From a bacterium (GTDB lineage Bacteria; Patescibacteriota; Saccharimonadia; Saccharimonadales; SZUA-47), in contig JAUIBQ010000003.1 in assembly GCA_030427445.1 (NCBI GenBank), forward strand, positions 1,931-65,930: 64,000 nucleotides of DNA. Reading direction: 5' to 3'. The notes below the pieces were generated by a model. That model saw only the letters and a list, made by a program, of their open reading frames with translations, did no database searches and was not told where the DNA came from. Shown piece after piece: positions 1 through 8,668 of the stretch. How positions within the stretch are numbered: position 1 is the stretch's first letter; the number at the start of each line of letters is the position of its first letter. Both the position numbers and the translations under genes were made by a program.

Positions 1-1067
1 GAAATACCGCTTGCCGCCCAGTTATGCCTGTACAAACTACCCGGTAAAGGATTAATTTCATTAAAGTAAACAATCCCTGCCTTGGTATCAACGAGCATAT
101 CAATACGAGCAATACCTTCACATCCCAGTGCACGGTAAACCGTAACACCCACTTCCTGTGCAGAAGCGATAAGCTTTTCAGGTAATACTGCGGGGATCTT
201 ACTGTAGCCTTGGGCGCCGGTTTTTGCGCCCATTTTTTTGCCACTCTTACCTTGATTAAGGTACTTTGTATCAAAATCAAACACACCGTCTTCCTTAGAT
301 AACGGTTGCTCTACACTACCGAGGGTTAACGATTCGTCCGCATTACCCACAATAGGTAGGGTTACTTCGACGAGATTCTGCACCGCTTCTTCTACTAGAA
401 CTTTGTCATCGTAACGAAGCGCTACTTCAATTGCGTTTATTAATTCTCGCTCATTTTCAACCCGTGAAATACCTATGCTTGAGCCTAGTGACGAGGGCTT
501 TACGAACAGTGGGTAAGATAGTTTTTTCTGAATCTCCTTTAGCCACGTGTCGTGATGTTGCGCGTATTCACGTGCTGTAAAAAACTGCATAGTTGGTGTG
601 AGCACCTTATGGGCTTCAGCGAGAAGTTTTGAGGTTACCTTATCCATAGCGATTGCTGATGCTTCCAAACCGCATCCAACGTAAGGTACGTTAGCCATTT
701 CAAGCAACCCCATCAATGACCCATCTTCACCGTACGTGCCGTGAGTAGCTGGAAACACAATATCTATCTTCTGATATTTCTTCCTTCCGGCAAACTGACT
801 AGACTTCACCAACGTTAATCCTTCGCCAAACTGAAGTTGTACCTGCGGTGCTTTATCACAAAAATCGTTAATCTCACCACTTTGATATAACGAAATGTCT
901 TTTAACTTCTCATCCCAAAACCATCGACCACTTTTATCAATATATATTGGCTCTACTTTATAATTTCCAGTGGCTTCTAGTGGCTTAATGACTGCTGAGA
1001 TTGCTGTGATGATTGATATATCGTGTTCAGCAGAACGACTGCCAAAAATAACCGCTATCTTTTTCAT
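1..1067 (-). CDS. ddl: D-alanine--D-alanine ligase (ATP-grasp); C-terminus runs off the window edge
   Basis: Not in the ORF track because it is open at the window edge. My reverse-strand translation from the ATG at 1067-1065 reads MKKIAVIFGSRSAEHDISIITA...FPATHGTYGEDGSLMGLLEMANVPYVGCG...LFVKPSSLGSSIGISRV. These are typical Ddl N-terminal and central motifs. Confidence 0.85.
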   Translation of the reverse strand, partial: MKKIAVIFGSRSAEHDISIITAISAVIKPLEATGNYKVEPIYIDKSGRWFWDEKLKDISLYQSGEINDFCDKAPQVQLQFGEGLTLVKSSQFAGRKKYQKIDIVFPATHGTYGEDGSLMGLLEMANVPYVGCGLEASAIAMDKVTSKLLAEAHKVLTPTMQFFTAREYAQHHDTWLKEIQKKLSYPLFVKPSSLGSSIGISRVENERELINAIEVALRYDDKVLVEEAVQNLVEVTLPIVGNADESLTLGSVEQPLSKEDGVFDFDTKYLNQGKSGKKMGAKTGAQGYSKIPAVLPEKLIASAQEVGVTVYRALGCEGIARIDMLVDTKAGIVYFNEINPLPGSLYRHNWAASGI

Positions 1068-1072
1068 GTTTC

Positions 1073-1110
1073 AATTGTAGCATACAATTATTGATGGTTA
1101 ATTGTATGCT
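1073..1110 (-). other. Mutually exclusive hairpins between the metzincin stop and the ddl start
   Basis: AGCATACAATT (1079-1089) is the perfect reverse complement of AATTGTATGCT (1100-1110), with a 10-nt loop. AATTGTA at 1073-1079 can instead pair with TACAATT at 1083-1089, with a 3-nt loop. The element lies 6 nt from the ddl ATG, which has no obvious SD. Confidence 0.4.
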
Positions 1111-1681
1111 AAGCATAATGAGTTCTTGAAAGGTCGGCCGCACACCCATCACAATGTCCTGCCTGAGTTGGGTTATCGCTGATGGCATTAAAAGCTCTTT
1201 GCATATCTACGACGTTATTAACTTCTTTCATCACGCAATTATCTACTGCGCAATGGCCCGCAAAAGACGAAGAATTATCATAGCGTTCCGAGCTAGGTTC
1301 TACTAGTCCGAAACTATGTCCTATTTCATGAACTGTAGTGGCAAATAATTGCTCTGGACTAAGCCTGTAGCTTGAGACAATGACCTGGCCTTGGCCAGTT
1401 TTAGACATGCCAAATAGAAAATTAACACTTCTGTGTCCTAAATCTTCCCCTGTTGCCACAATCGATAAAGCACCATTTTGCCAAGATTTAAGACCGTCGA
1501 TAATATTTGCATCAACTTGAGTCGTCTTTCCTAGCTTAGGGTAGTGGTCCACTTCTATCCATTTATCACAAACCAGACCACCTACGCCTGGCAAAACTAA
1601 GCTTGACGCTCTTACAGCAAGCTCTATTGCATCCACATAATCTTCTGGTAACTGAGAATCCCTGAACAAAAGTGTGTTCAT
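1109..1681 (-). CDS. Archaemetzincin-like zinc metalloprotease (peptidase M54-like)
   Basis: 190-aa ORF. HEIGHSFGL...HCAVDNCVM...CDGC matches the HExxHxxG...CxxxxCxM...CxxC archaemetzincin zinc signature, with an insertion after the Gly. Confidence 0.65.
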   Translation of the reverse strand: MNTLLFRDSQLPEDYVDAIELAVRASSLVLPGVGGLVCDKWIEVDHYPKLGKTTQVDANIIDGLKSWQNGALSIVATGEDLGHRSVNFLFGMSKTGQGQVIVSSYRLSPEQLFATTVHEIGHSFGLVEPSSERYDNSSSFAGHCAVDNCVMKEVNNVVDMQRAFNAISDNPTQAGHCDGCAADLSRTHYA

Positions 1682-1715
1682 ATCTATATATTATAACATA
1701 TATAAATCATATTTG

Positions 1716-3140
1716 TCAATGGTAGTTATCTGTCCAGTCATTTTGCATGAGGACAAGATCCCCGACTGCTAACCGATGCTCAAGACCTTCGTAATAACTC
1801 TTAGGGTTTAACTCAACTGACAGATCTCCTTTAAATCCTGCTTCAATAAGTGATTTTTCAATTATGCTCCGAACTGAATTATCCATAAGTACCACCTTAT
1901 CTGGTTTAGCTTTCGTTATAAGCTGGCCTATTTCTTCGTGGACACTCTGAGTCTTGTCTCCTTGCTCGACCAGGCCAGGTGTAACATACGTTTTACGCTC
2001 TGCAGGAAGAACTTCAAGTAATCGTAAACCTGCACGTACACCTTCAAGGTTACCGTTATATGTATCATCAATAACCCAAGCACCACTGATAAGTCTAGGT
2101 TGCATGCGATGTTCGTGTGGGGTTACACCCTTTAGAGCTTCTCTAATATCATCCCAGCCCATACTCGCAATCTCGTTAGCTAAGACAGAACTAAGCACCG
2201 CAACAGACACTAGGTGCTCGCCAATTAGACCCATTTGAAGTGTCTGTTTCTGCGCTCCTTTAGATATCGTAAATACGGTACCTTCAAGTGAGACAGAGAT
2301 TGAATCTATCTTCCAACCCAGAACTTCCTCGTCTGTGTATTTGTTCGATTCAATCTCAAGCATGTCTGCAACGAACTGACTAGCATAAATATTTTCACTT
2401 TTTACAAACTCTTGAATGCTCTTCAAGTCTTCTTTTAACAACTTTTCCGACTTGTAACTATCTAAGTGATTTGGAGCATATCCAGTTAGAATCGCAATAT
2501 CTGGGCTCACCAACCTAGATATACTAGAGATATCGCCAGGCTTAAACTCACCAAACTCTACAATCAAAAAATCATCGCTATTTTTAACGGTGTTAAGTAT
2601 CCACCTCGCATGACTCACGAGGACATTTTGATTCCCCGGAGTTGCAGATACAGGATGTTTGTACGACAGAATTGTGGTCAAAATCTCTTTCGTGGTTGTC
2701 TTGCCATAGCTTCCAAGGATAGCGATTTTCTTTGCTCTTGAATTTTTAAATCTTTCTGTAGCTCTCAGAATAAGACGCTTCCTGCCGAAGTGGTTGAGTG
2801 CATGACCTACTGTCAAAGCTGCAACGGTTATTGCAACCATCGCAAAAGGCACAAGCACAAATACACTCAAACTTAAAACATATAACGATTTTAGGGCTAA
2901 AAATCCAATGAGAAGAGCGGCACACAGATAGATGGTGTAGAGAACGGCTACCAGCAGCACAGCTCGCGTGGTGTAGTCCAGACGTTTACGTCTTTGCACA
3001 TTCAATAAACTCGGCAATCTCCTAAGCCATTTTAATAGTTCCCGAGGCTCATATTCTACTTGTTGAGCCATGTACACTATCATGGTAGGCGATGCTGGGC
3101 TATAAAAAGATAGCCAGAACCGAAGCAGTGTAGCCATCAT
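1716..3140 (-). CDS. Mur ligase family protein, MurF-like catalytic core fused to an N-terminal polytopic membrane domain
   Basis: 474-aa ORF. The first ~110 aa are hydrophobic helices. They are followed by the P-loop GSYGKTTTKE, then EFGEFKPGDI, PDIAILTGYAPNHL and IDDTYNGN. The ATG overlaps the upstream stop (ATGA at 3137-3140). Confidence 0.7.
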   Translation of the reverse strand: MMATLLRFWLSFYSPASPTMIVYMAQQVEYEPRELLKWLRRLPSLLNVQRRKRLDYTTRAVLLVAVLYTIYLCAALLIGFLALKSLYVLSLSVFVLVPFAMVAITVAALTVGHALNHFGRKRLILRATERFKNSRAKKIAILGSYGKTTTKEILTTILSYKHPVSATPGNQNVLVSHARWILNTVKNSDDFLIVEFGEFKPGDISSISRLVSPDIAILTGYAPNHLDSYKSEKLLKEDLKSIQEFVKSENIYASQFVADMLEIESNKYTDEEVLGWKIDSISVSLEGTVFTISKGAQKQTLQMGLIGEHLVSVAVLSSVLANEIASMGWDDIREALKGVTPHEHRMQPRLISGAWVIDDTYNGNLEGVRAGLRLLEVLPAERKTYVTPGLVEQGDKTQSVHEEIGQLITKAKPDKVVLMDNSVRSIIEKSLIEAGFKGDLSVELNPKSYYEGLEHRLAVGDLVLMQNDWTDNYH

Positions 3141-3907
3141 CGCAAAAACGTCCGTATTTCACTAAGTACTTTTTCTGGCTGGTCGACATGCAAGAAATGA
3201 CCAGCGTCAGGAATTATTTTTAAACGAGACTTTTTAATTGCACTAGCAAAATATTCTCCGTACGCTACTGGTGTTGCCGTATCTTTATCACCGTAGATGA
3301 GTATCGTGTCTTGGCGTATAGCTGTCGCTTGACTTCTAATATCTTCAGAAACAATCTTCTCAAAGGTGCTTCGCAAATCTTCTGCGACAAATACATCCGA
3401 CCCTATTGCCTTGTATGCACGCCTTTTCATTGTTTGTTGCACATGATGAGGCATAAGACGAGCTACTTGCTTAGCAGCCTTAGCAACCAGCCTGAGTGCT
3501 AGATTTCGCTTCGATGACGGATTACGCACACCTGAACTAGCCAATAAGACAAGTTTTTCACTCTTGAGTACGCCTCCAGAAGTGCCTTTCATTGCAATAG
3601 CGCCTCCGTTTGAATGCCCAATAAATGCATAGACCTCATTGACTTCAATTTTATTTAAAAATTCCCGAACAAACTCAGCATAGCGAGCTAAGTCGAAGGC
3701 CTCGCTCGGCTTCTGAGTTCCACCAAATCCCGGTAAATCAATCGATATACACCGGTATTTATCTTTAAGCGCGTCGCTAATAAAATTAAATGTCTCTTTA
3801 CTGTCGCCCCAGCCATGCAAAAAAACAAGCGCTTCTCCATCTCCAGACGAAGAATAACTCGTCAAAATATCTTGAACAACGACTGTTTTCATCATGCAGT
3901 GGTCCAA
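3137..3907 (-). CDS. Alpha/beta-fold hydrolase
   Basis: 256-aa ORF with HGWGDS, a GHSNGG nucleophile elbow (GxSxG) and a C-terminal DAGHF. It overlaps both flanking Mur-ligase genes (16 nt and 4 nt). Confidence 0.75.
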   Translation of the reverse strand: MDHCMMKTVVVQDILTSYSSSGDGEALVFLHGWGDSKETFNFISDALKDKYRCISIDLPGFGGTQKPSEAFDLARYAEFVREFLNKIEVNEVYAFIGHSNGGAIAMKGTSGGVLKSEKLVLLASSGVRNPSSKRNLALRLVAKAAKQVARLMPHHVQQTMKRRAYKAIGSDVFVAEDLRSTFEKIVSEDIRSQATAIRQDTILIYGDKDTATPVAYGEYFASAIKKSRLKIIPDAGHFLHVDQPEKVLSEIRTFLR

Positions 3908-5118
3908 AAAGTGCCTTTGATTTGCTTCCAGCGTTTTGACTGTCGTACGAGCGAGCTGGCATCTTCGGGATTTTTAAGAAGAAGTTTGACTGCCTCTTCA
4001 GCAAACACACCGTTTTGCGAGCCTTTACATAAAATAATAGTTTTATCCGATCGTGCATACGTCGCAAGTAGACTTTCTATAGCCTCAGCTGCTTCTTTGG
4101 GAGTGTCGCTGCGCACTACGTTACACCCATTTTTTTCTGCGCTCTTTGCAGTATGCGTGTTAGCTTCCTTGCCGAGCGTAACCACAAGATCAAGCTTCGT
4201 TTTATTACAGTACTCACCAATTTCTCTGTGCATTGAAGCGCTCGAACCACCCAACTCGTTCATACTGCCAAGCATGACTATTCGGTGAGTTGCTGGCACA
4301 GAATATAAATACTGGATTGCCGCGATGACTGCTTCGGGCGATGAGTTATACGTGTCATCAACCAAAGTAGACCCGTTTTTACCCTCATACTGGCGCATTC
4401 TCCCAGGAGGAGACTGAAATGTGATAACACCGTTTTTAACTTGCCCCATGTCTAATCCTTCGTGTTTCGCAATCCATAGTACAGCACCGAGTGCATCGTA
4501 GCTATGTTCACCGATGACTTTTAGCTCCTCATGCAGAATACCGTTCTCCGTAATAGACGAGGAATCGTAGTGAAACAGCTCTTTATTTTTTACAAGTTTT
4601 AAGTACGCACTATCTACCATCTTTTTGTTTACTAATACAGTGTCCGAGAACTGCTCAACTGCTAATTCTTCTCGAGCAACGGCATCGATCGTTTTAAAGT
4701 TCTCCATATGCTCAGGCGCGACGGCGGTCACCACTGCGATATCTGGTTGTAGCCATGCAAACTGCTCGATATCTCCCGGTCTATCTGTCCCAAGCTCCAG
4801 AACAAAATAATCAAAGTGATTCTTGGAGAAATAACTCATATATAATGACTTAAGAAGTAGCACCGCCCACGAAAACGGGTTCTTGGCATTCTTTGGTAAA
4901 TCATATCCAAGCACCGAAACAGCAACACCAAGATTAGTGTTATAGTTGTGTCTCGTCGAGCGAACCGAAACATTTGCTGACTTTAATACATGCGTAATAG
5001 CTTTTGTAGTGGACGTTTTACCTATTGAACCGGTTACTACGATGATTTTGGCAGGTGACACACGACGAAGATACTTTTGAGCTAATTTGCGAAGTACTAG
5101 TTCAAAAAATCCTGTCAT
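3892..5118 (-). CDS. murF: UDP-N-acetylmuramoyl-tripeptide--D-alanyl-D-alanine ligase-like (MurF-type Mur ligase, short N-terminus)
   Basis: 408-aa ORF with VTGSIGKTSTTKAI, LELGTDRPGDI, VTAVAPEHMENF, VDDTYNSSPEA and GSMNELG motifs. Confidence 0.7.
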   Translation of the reverse strand: MTGFFELVLRKLAQKYLRRVSPAKIIVVTGSIGKTSTTKAITHVLKSANVSVRSTRHNYNTNLGVAVSVLGYDLPKNAKNPFSWAVLLLKSLYMSYFSKNHFDYFVLELGTDRPGDIEQFAWLQPDIAVVTAVAPEHMENFKTIDAVAREELAVEQFSDTVLVNKKMVDSAYLKLVKNKELFHYDSSSITENGILHEELKVIGEHSYDALGAVLWIAKHEGLDMGQVKNGVITFQSPPGRMRQYEGKNGSTLVDDTYNSSPEAVIAAIQYLYSVPATHRIVMLGSMNELGGSSASMHREIGEYCNKTKLDLVVTLGKEANTHTAKSAEKNGCNVVRSDTPKEAAEAIESLLATYARSDKTIILCKGSQNGVFAEEAVKLLLKNPEDASSLVRQSKRWKQIKGTFWTTA

Positions 5119-5146
5119 TCTACCCTTCCCTTAGGATGTTTTCGTG

Positions 5147-6067
5147 TTAATTCGATTCAGGAGATAATCGTTGCTGGACTGCCTGCTGTAGCTCCTGGTA
5201 TGTGACATCTGTAGTTGGCTCTTCAGGACGTACTACGACTCCATAATTAGAATACTCTTCAACGATAGTTCCGTAGGCGACTTTTGTTATGACGCTATCT
5301 TTTGTACGAATCTCCACAGATGCACTCAACGTCCCTTCGCCAGCAGATGCTGGGTCAAGACCTAAGTCAGGGTATCCAGATGCTGTGAGAGCTATATTTA
5401 ACGCTTCTAGGTAAGGTCTGAGGGAGATGATGACAGGTATTTGTACAACTCCATCTTGTGTTAGAGCGTTATTTGCTTGAACTGTATACGCCTCTTTAAG
5501 TTTGCTTAGTACTTCAGCACGAACAGAGGAGTTGAGGTTCGCTATAGGTATAACAGAAACTAGACCACTCGCATACTGTTGTTGGTAGTTTTCAAGATTT
5601 TCAGATGGCGTCTCCTGAACTGCCCACTGGTCTATATACTCTCCCAACGACGTGCCTTCAGAAGATTCATAGTCTGTGTATCTTATGTAGTTGCTACCAT
5701 CGTAATACTGCTGAGCTTCTGTGCTAATCGTTAAATTAAAAGACTGAGCTGGGTTGTTCACTTCGGTCAAATAGTCTACGTGTATCAAACGTTCACCGCT
5801 CAAATATATACGCTGCATGTTGATGTCTTGTTGACCACTTGCACCTGATCGACTCGTCTTTACGACGCTCTGCGTACGAAGTGACGTTTCAACTGCAGAC
5901 CAGAATCGTCGCTCATTAAGCTTTTCTGCCTCATTGTAATCTGTTACATACCAAAATGATCCAAGACCAAGTAGTACGAGCACGGCAAGACTTGTAAAGC
6001 CGATCGACCACTTTTTCAGAGATATTGAGGTAAGTTTCTTATAAATTCTTTTAGGTAATTTCTTCAT
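5147..6067 (-). CDS. Hypothetical membrane-anchored extracytoplasmic protein
   Basis: 306-aa ORF. The basic N-terminus is followed by one hydrophobic helix (WSIGFTSLAVLVLLGLGSFWYV). No recognisable motif. It is the first gene of the wall-gene string. Confidence 0.6.
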   Translation of the reverse strand: MKKLPKRIYKKLTSISLKKWSIGFTSLAVLVLLGLGSFWYVTDYNEAEKLNERRFWSAVETSLRTQSVVKTSRSGASGQQDINMQRIYLSGERLIHVDYLTEVNNPAQSFNLTISTEAQQYYDGSNYIRYTDYESSEGTSLGEYIDQWAVQETPSENLENYQQQYASGLVSVIPIANLNSSVRAEVLSKLKEAYTVQANNALTQDGVVQIPVIISLRPYLEALNIALTASGYPDLGLDPASAGEGTLSASVEIRTKDSVITKVAYGTIVEEYSNYGVVVRPEEPTTDVTYQELQQAVQQRLSPESN

Positions 6068-6127
6068 GCCTGTAATTATAACAGTTTACGCACGTCATAC
6101 TATTTGATTGCTATAATTATGTTCACT

Positions 6128-6204
6128 GGGGCATTGGCGCAGTTGGCTAGCGCGCTTCCATGGCATGGAAGAGGTCAAGGGTTCAAATCCCTTATGCTCC
6201 ACCA
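6128..6204 (+). tRNA. tRNA-Ala (anticodon GGC)
   Basis: Cloverleaf read by eye: acceptor GGGGCAT/ATGCTCC with the G3:U70 alanine identity pair, D arm GCGC/GCGC, anticodon arm CTTCC-ATGGCAT-GGAAG, T arm AAGGG-TTCAAAT-CCCTT, encoded CCA. Confidence 0.9.
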
Positions 6205-6207
6205 CGC

Positions 6208-7302
6208 TTATTCTTGGACGGTGACTGTGTCTCCGATTCCGAAACCTAAATCAACAAGCTGATTCATGTTCGCCGGAGAAACTCTCACACAAGCGTGAGA
6301 GGGACGAGAAACATCACCTTGATGAATCGCAATCCCGCCATCGAAGAAACGTGCATTACCCATTGATCCAGCAGGTCCACCTAGAGTCTGAGAAGCATAG
6401 TCTGGTCCTTCAGTTCTGTACACTTGGTTCGTTCCAACTCTTGTATGAGCTCTACCTTTGTACAGATATCCGTCTTTTTCATAGGTATATATTCGGTCAT
6501 CTCCATGGGATATTCTTGTCTGCATGACAAGCTCACCGCCGTCGTAAGCCTTCAACGTGTCGTCACTTTTATCGACAATCACCTTGTCTATATCTACATC
6601 CTTATCCTCAACCGATATAACAGGTGCTTCCTTCTGAACTCCAAGAGCTGTTAACGTAACACTTCCTGCCAAACAATCAGACTCCCCAAATTCTCTTTGC
6701 TGAAACTCAGCAAACCCGAGGAGCGTTCTAGGGCCTATGATACCGTTTGCATTTCCGACATTTACCCCATTGCTGTTAAGTGCTTCCTGGACAGCTATCG
6801 CTTCAGTTCCATTATCTAGTAATAAGTCACCGTCAGAACCTGGGAGAACATCTGCAGCCCAAGTAGTTAGGCGTATTTCTTCACAAGCCTCAGTAGCATT
6901 TACAGATGCCGATTGCTCGACCTTAAGCTGGTCACTTTCACCAGCAAATGCATCGATCCCTTGCGCTTTTTCAGCTGCTAGTTGCGTAATTGCCCCTGCG
7001 TAGCCACATATCCTTGTGTTTGCATCTAGAGCACCGATAACTTTCAAATCTTGTTGTGCACGATAGACATGCTCTTGTTCGTACTGAGAGCTTACTTTAC
7101 CGTCAACTGTGATGCCTGGGTATCCTGCATCGACAAGCTCTTGTTCACTTGCTCGACTCACATTTTGCCCAACCTCAAACACTTCACATCCTTCAGGAAG
7201 AATTTTCGATGCATCATATTCGGCACCCACGTCTGAAGCGGCCATGCCATATGTAGCAGATGCTACTGCAGCCATTGTTGCTAGTTTGTTGAAATTTTTC
7301 AA
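6208..7302 (-). CDS. L,D-transpeptidase (YkuD domain) with peptidoglycan-binding repeats
   Basis: The C-terminal IHQGDVSRPSHACVRV is a YkuD-type catalytic His...Cys motif. The track ORF starts at 7338, but that ATG lies upstream of a strong -10. AGGAG (7313-7309) plus 6 nt plus TTG (7302-7300) gives MKNFNKLATMAAVASA, a signal-peptide-like N-terminus. Confidence 0.8.
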   Translation of the reverse strand: MKNFNKLATMAAVASATYGMAASDVGAEYDASKILPEGCEVFEVGQNVSRASEQELVDAGYPGITVDGKVSSQYEQEHVYRAQQDLKVIGALDANTRICGYAGAITQLAAEKAQGIDAFAGESDQLKVEQSASVNATEACEEIRLTTWAADVLPGSDGDLLLDNGTEAIAVQEALNSNGVNVGNANGIIGPRTLLGFAEFQQREFGESDCLAGSVTLTALGVQKEAPVISVEDKDVDIDKVIVDKSDDTLKAYDGGELVMQTRISHGDDRIYTYEKDGYLYKGRAHTRVGTNQVYRTEGPDYASQTLGGPAGSMGNARFFDGGIAIHQGDVSRPSHACVRVSPANMNQLVDLGFGIGDTVTVQE

Positions 7303-7328
7303 AATAAACTCCTGCCTATTATCTCTAT

Positions 7329-7357
7329 ATATTATCATACTATTTATATTTTGTCAA
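7329..7357 (-). promoter_or_regulatory. Sigma70-type promoter for the L,D-transpeptidase gene
   Basis: On the minus strand: TTGACA (7357-7352), a 17-nt spacer, then TAATAT (7334-7329). Confidence 0.55.
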
Positions 7358-7501
7358 TATGCTTGAGCTATAAAATAACCCCTGTTCTCACAGAGGTTAT
7401 CTCGGGTGTGCCCACCCAGGCTCACGGGCTGTTTTTTGTGTTGTTGTGTTTATTTTAAGCGGGGAGCCTGATACACCCGATTACATCTACTACTATCGCT
7501 T

Positions 7502-8044
7502 ATGCTTAGTAGAATGTCAAGATTCCTACAGTTTCAAGGATTTAGCCCTGCTAAGATATATGCAATGAATAAAAATCCGAATTTCTTAGCTGGCCGAGCA
7601 GTTGCATCTGTTGTTATACGGCGCTACGCTGGAAGTTTTACAATTCTTTTCGTCTCAATTAGTTTTGTAGGACTTGTAGTCACACTACTACTAGCCACAA
7701 TCTTCTCAGAGTGGTGGGCATTACTGATGGTGCTGTTTGTCCCACTACTAAGTATAAGTGGGCTACTTTACGTGGTCGTACGATTCATCTCATCGCGCAC
7801 AGCACCAAGAACACTAAGCAAGTCCGAACGAAAACAAACGCAAGAGTTTGTGAATGATGTACAGTACACCTACATTACTGCAAGAGCTATCAAAAGTTCG
7901 CCCACTGGAATTGGGCTTGCAGCTGCACTTGCGTATCTCACTGGTGGGAGGAATAAAGCTGTCAGATCCGTGATGAGTCCGATTGAGAGTTCAAAAGGAT
8001 TGAAAGAGAAGTTTGCAGACTTAGTAGAGCTTTTCTCACAGTAG
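7502..8044 (+). CDS. Hypothetical membrane protein
   Basis: 180-aa ORF with two to three hydrophobic helices. The real start is more likely the MNKNPNF methionine at 7565. Confidence 0.55.
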   Translation: MLSRMSRFLQFQGFSPAKIYAMNKNPNFLAGRAVASVVIRRYAGSFTILFVSISFVGLVVTLLLATIFSEWWALLMVLFVPLLSISGLLYVVVRFISSRTAPRTLSKSERKQTQEFVNDVQYTYITARAIKSSPTGIGLAAALAYLTGGRNKAVRSVMSPIESSKGLKEKFADLVELFSQ

Positions 8045-8593
8045 GGGCAGAACTGAAGGTGGGACCAGCTCAGCGACAGAAAGTCCCTGCTCATGTCGAG
8101 TCCTCACTTCAGTAGAGCTAGTAGTGAGCTGATCCACCTCTAGTATCTGAATATTATTGCCGTGGTCTTGTAGCTCATATCCAGGACGTTCAACAACCAA
8201 TAATGGCAAGTTTTCACGCAACCAATCCCCTCGCTCCCACTCGTGCATCGTATTTACACTGTCGCTACCGAATATCCATGTAAATGTAGCCTGAGGATTG
8301 TCTTCAGCCAGTCTTTCATAAGTAAGAAAGGTCTGTGACATCTCAGTATTTTTTAGTTCGACGTCGCATACCTGAGTTGTCGCCGTTGTGCTGAGACTAG
8401 CCAGCAATGCATGTGCGTAAGAGAGACGTTTTTCTACAGAAACTCCTATCTTTTTATCGTACCGTTCTCCACTTGGAAGTAACCAGAGCTCCATATCTCG
8501 CTCTACTGCATAGTCTGCGGCTGCTTGAGCAATTGCTTGATGAGCTACAGTAGGTGGATTAAATGCACCACCGTACACGATAACTTCTTTCAT
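8036..8593 (-). CDS. nadD: Nicotinate-nucleotide adenylyltransferase
   Basis: 185-aa ORF with N-terminal GGAFNPPTVAH (the GxFxPxHxxH nucleotidyltransferase motif) and NadD-like length. Adjacent NAD genes support the call. Confidence 0.85.
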   Translation of the reverse strand: MKEVIVYGGAFNPPTVAHQAIAQAAADYAVERDMELWLLPSGERYDKKIGVSVEKRLSYAHALLASLSTTATTQVCDVELKNTEMSQTFLTYERLAEDNPQATFTWIFGSDSVNTMHEWERGDWLRENLPLLVVERPGYELQDHGNNIQILEVDQLTTSSTEVRTRHEQGLSVAELVPPSVLPLL

Positions 8594-8612
8594 AGTGGTT
8601 GTCCTTTCTTAC

Positions 8613-8633
8613 TTAGTGTTCTATTGACACTAT
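8613..8633. promoter_or_regulatory. NrtR-type operator box 1 (TTAGTGT-N7-ACACTAt)
   Basis: The sequence is TTAGTGTTCTATTGACACTAT. It is part of a perfect 22-bp inverted repeat (8613-8634 versus 8647-8668) and contains a consensus TTGACA at 8624-8629. Confidence 0.65.
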
Positions 8634-8647
8634 ATATAATGTTTAGT

Positions 8648-8668
8648 ATAGTGTCAATAGAACACTAA
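8648..8668. promoter_or_regulatory. NrtR-type operator box 2 (exact inverted copy of box 1)
   Basis: ATAGTGTCAATAGAACACTAA is the reverse complement of box 1. It carries TATAGT (8647-8652), 17 nt from the plus-strand TTGACA, and the minus-strand TTGACA (8657-8652). Confidence 0.65.

Noticed and set aside
1954-2238. Many track ORFs lie antisense to, or nested within, longer genes. Examples: 1954-2238, 3815-4288, 8693-8998, 18807-19259, 19323-19850, 20769-21335, 28464-29003, 34715-35230, 35687-36130, 37106-37672, 49696-50142, 51649-52188, 58386-59006.
   Set aside because: Each lies wholly inside a longer opposite-strand or alternate-frame ORF that has clear family motifs. Their translations are low-complexity (S/P/R/C-rich) with no motifs, start context or SD. 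They are typical shadow ORFs.
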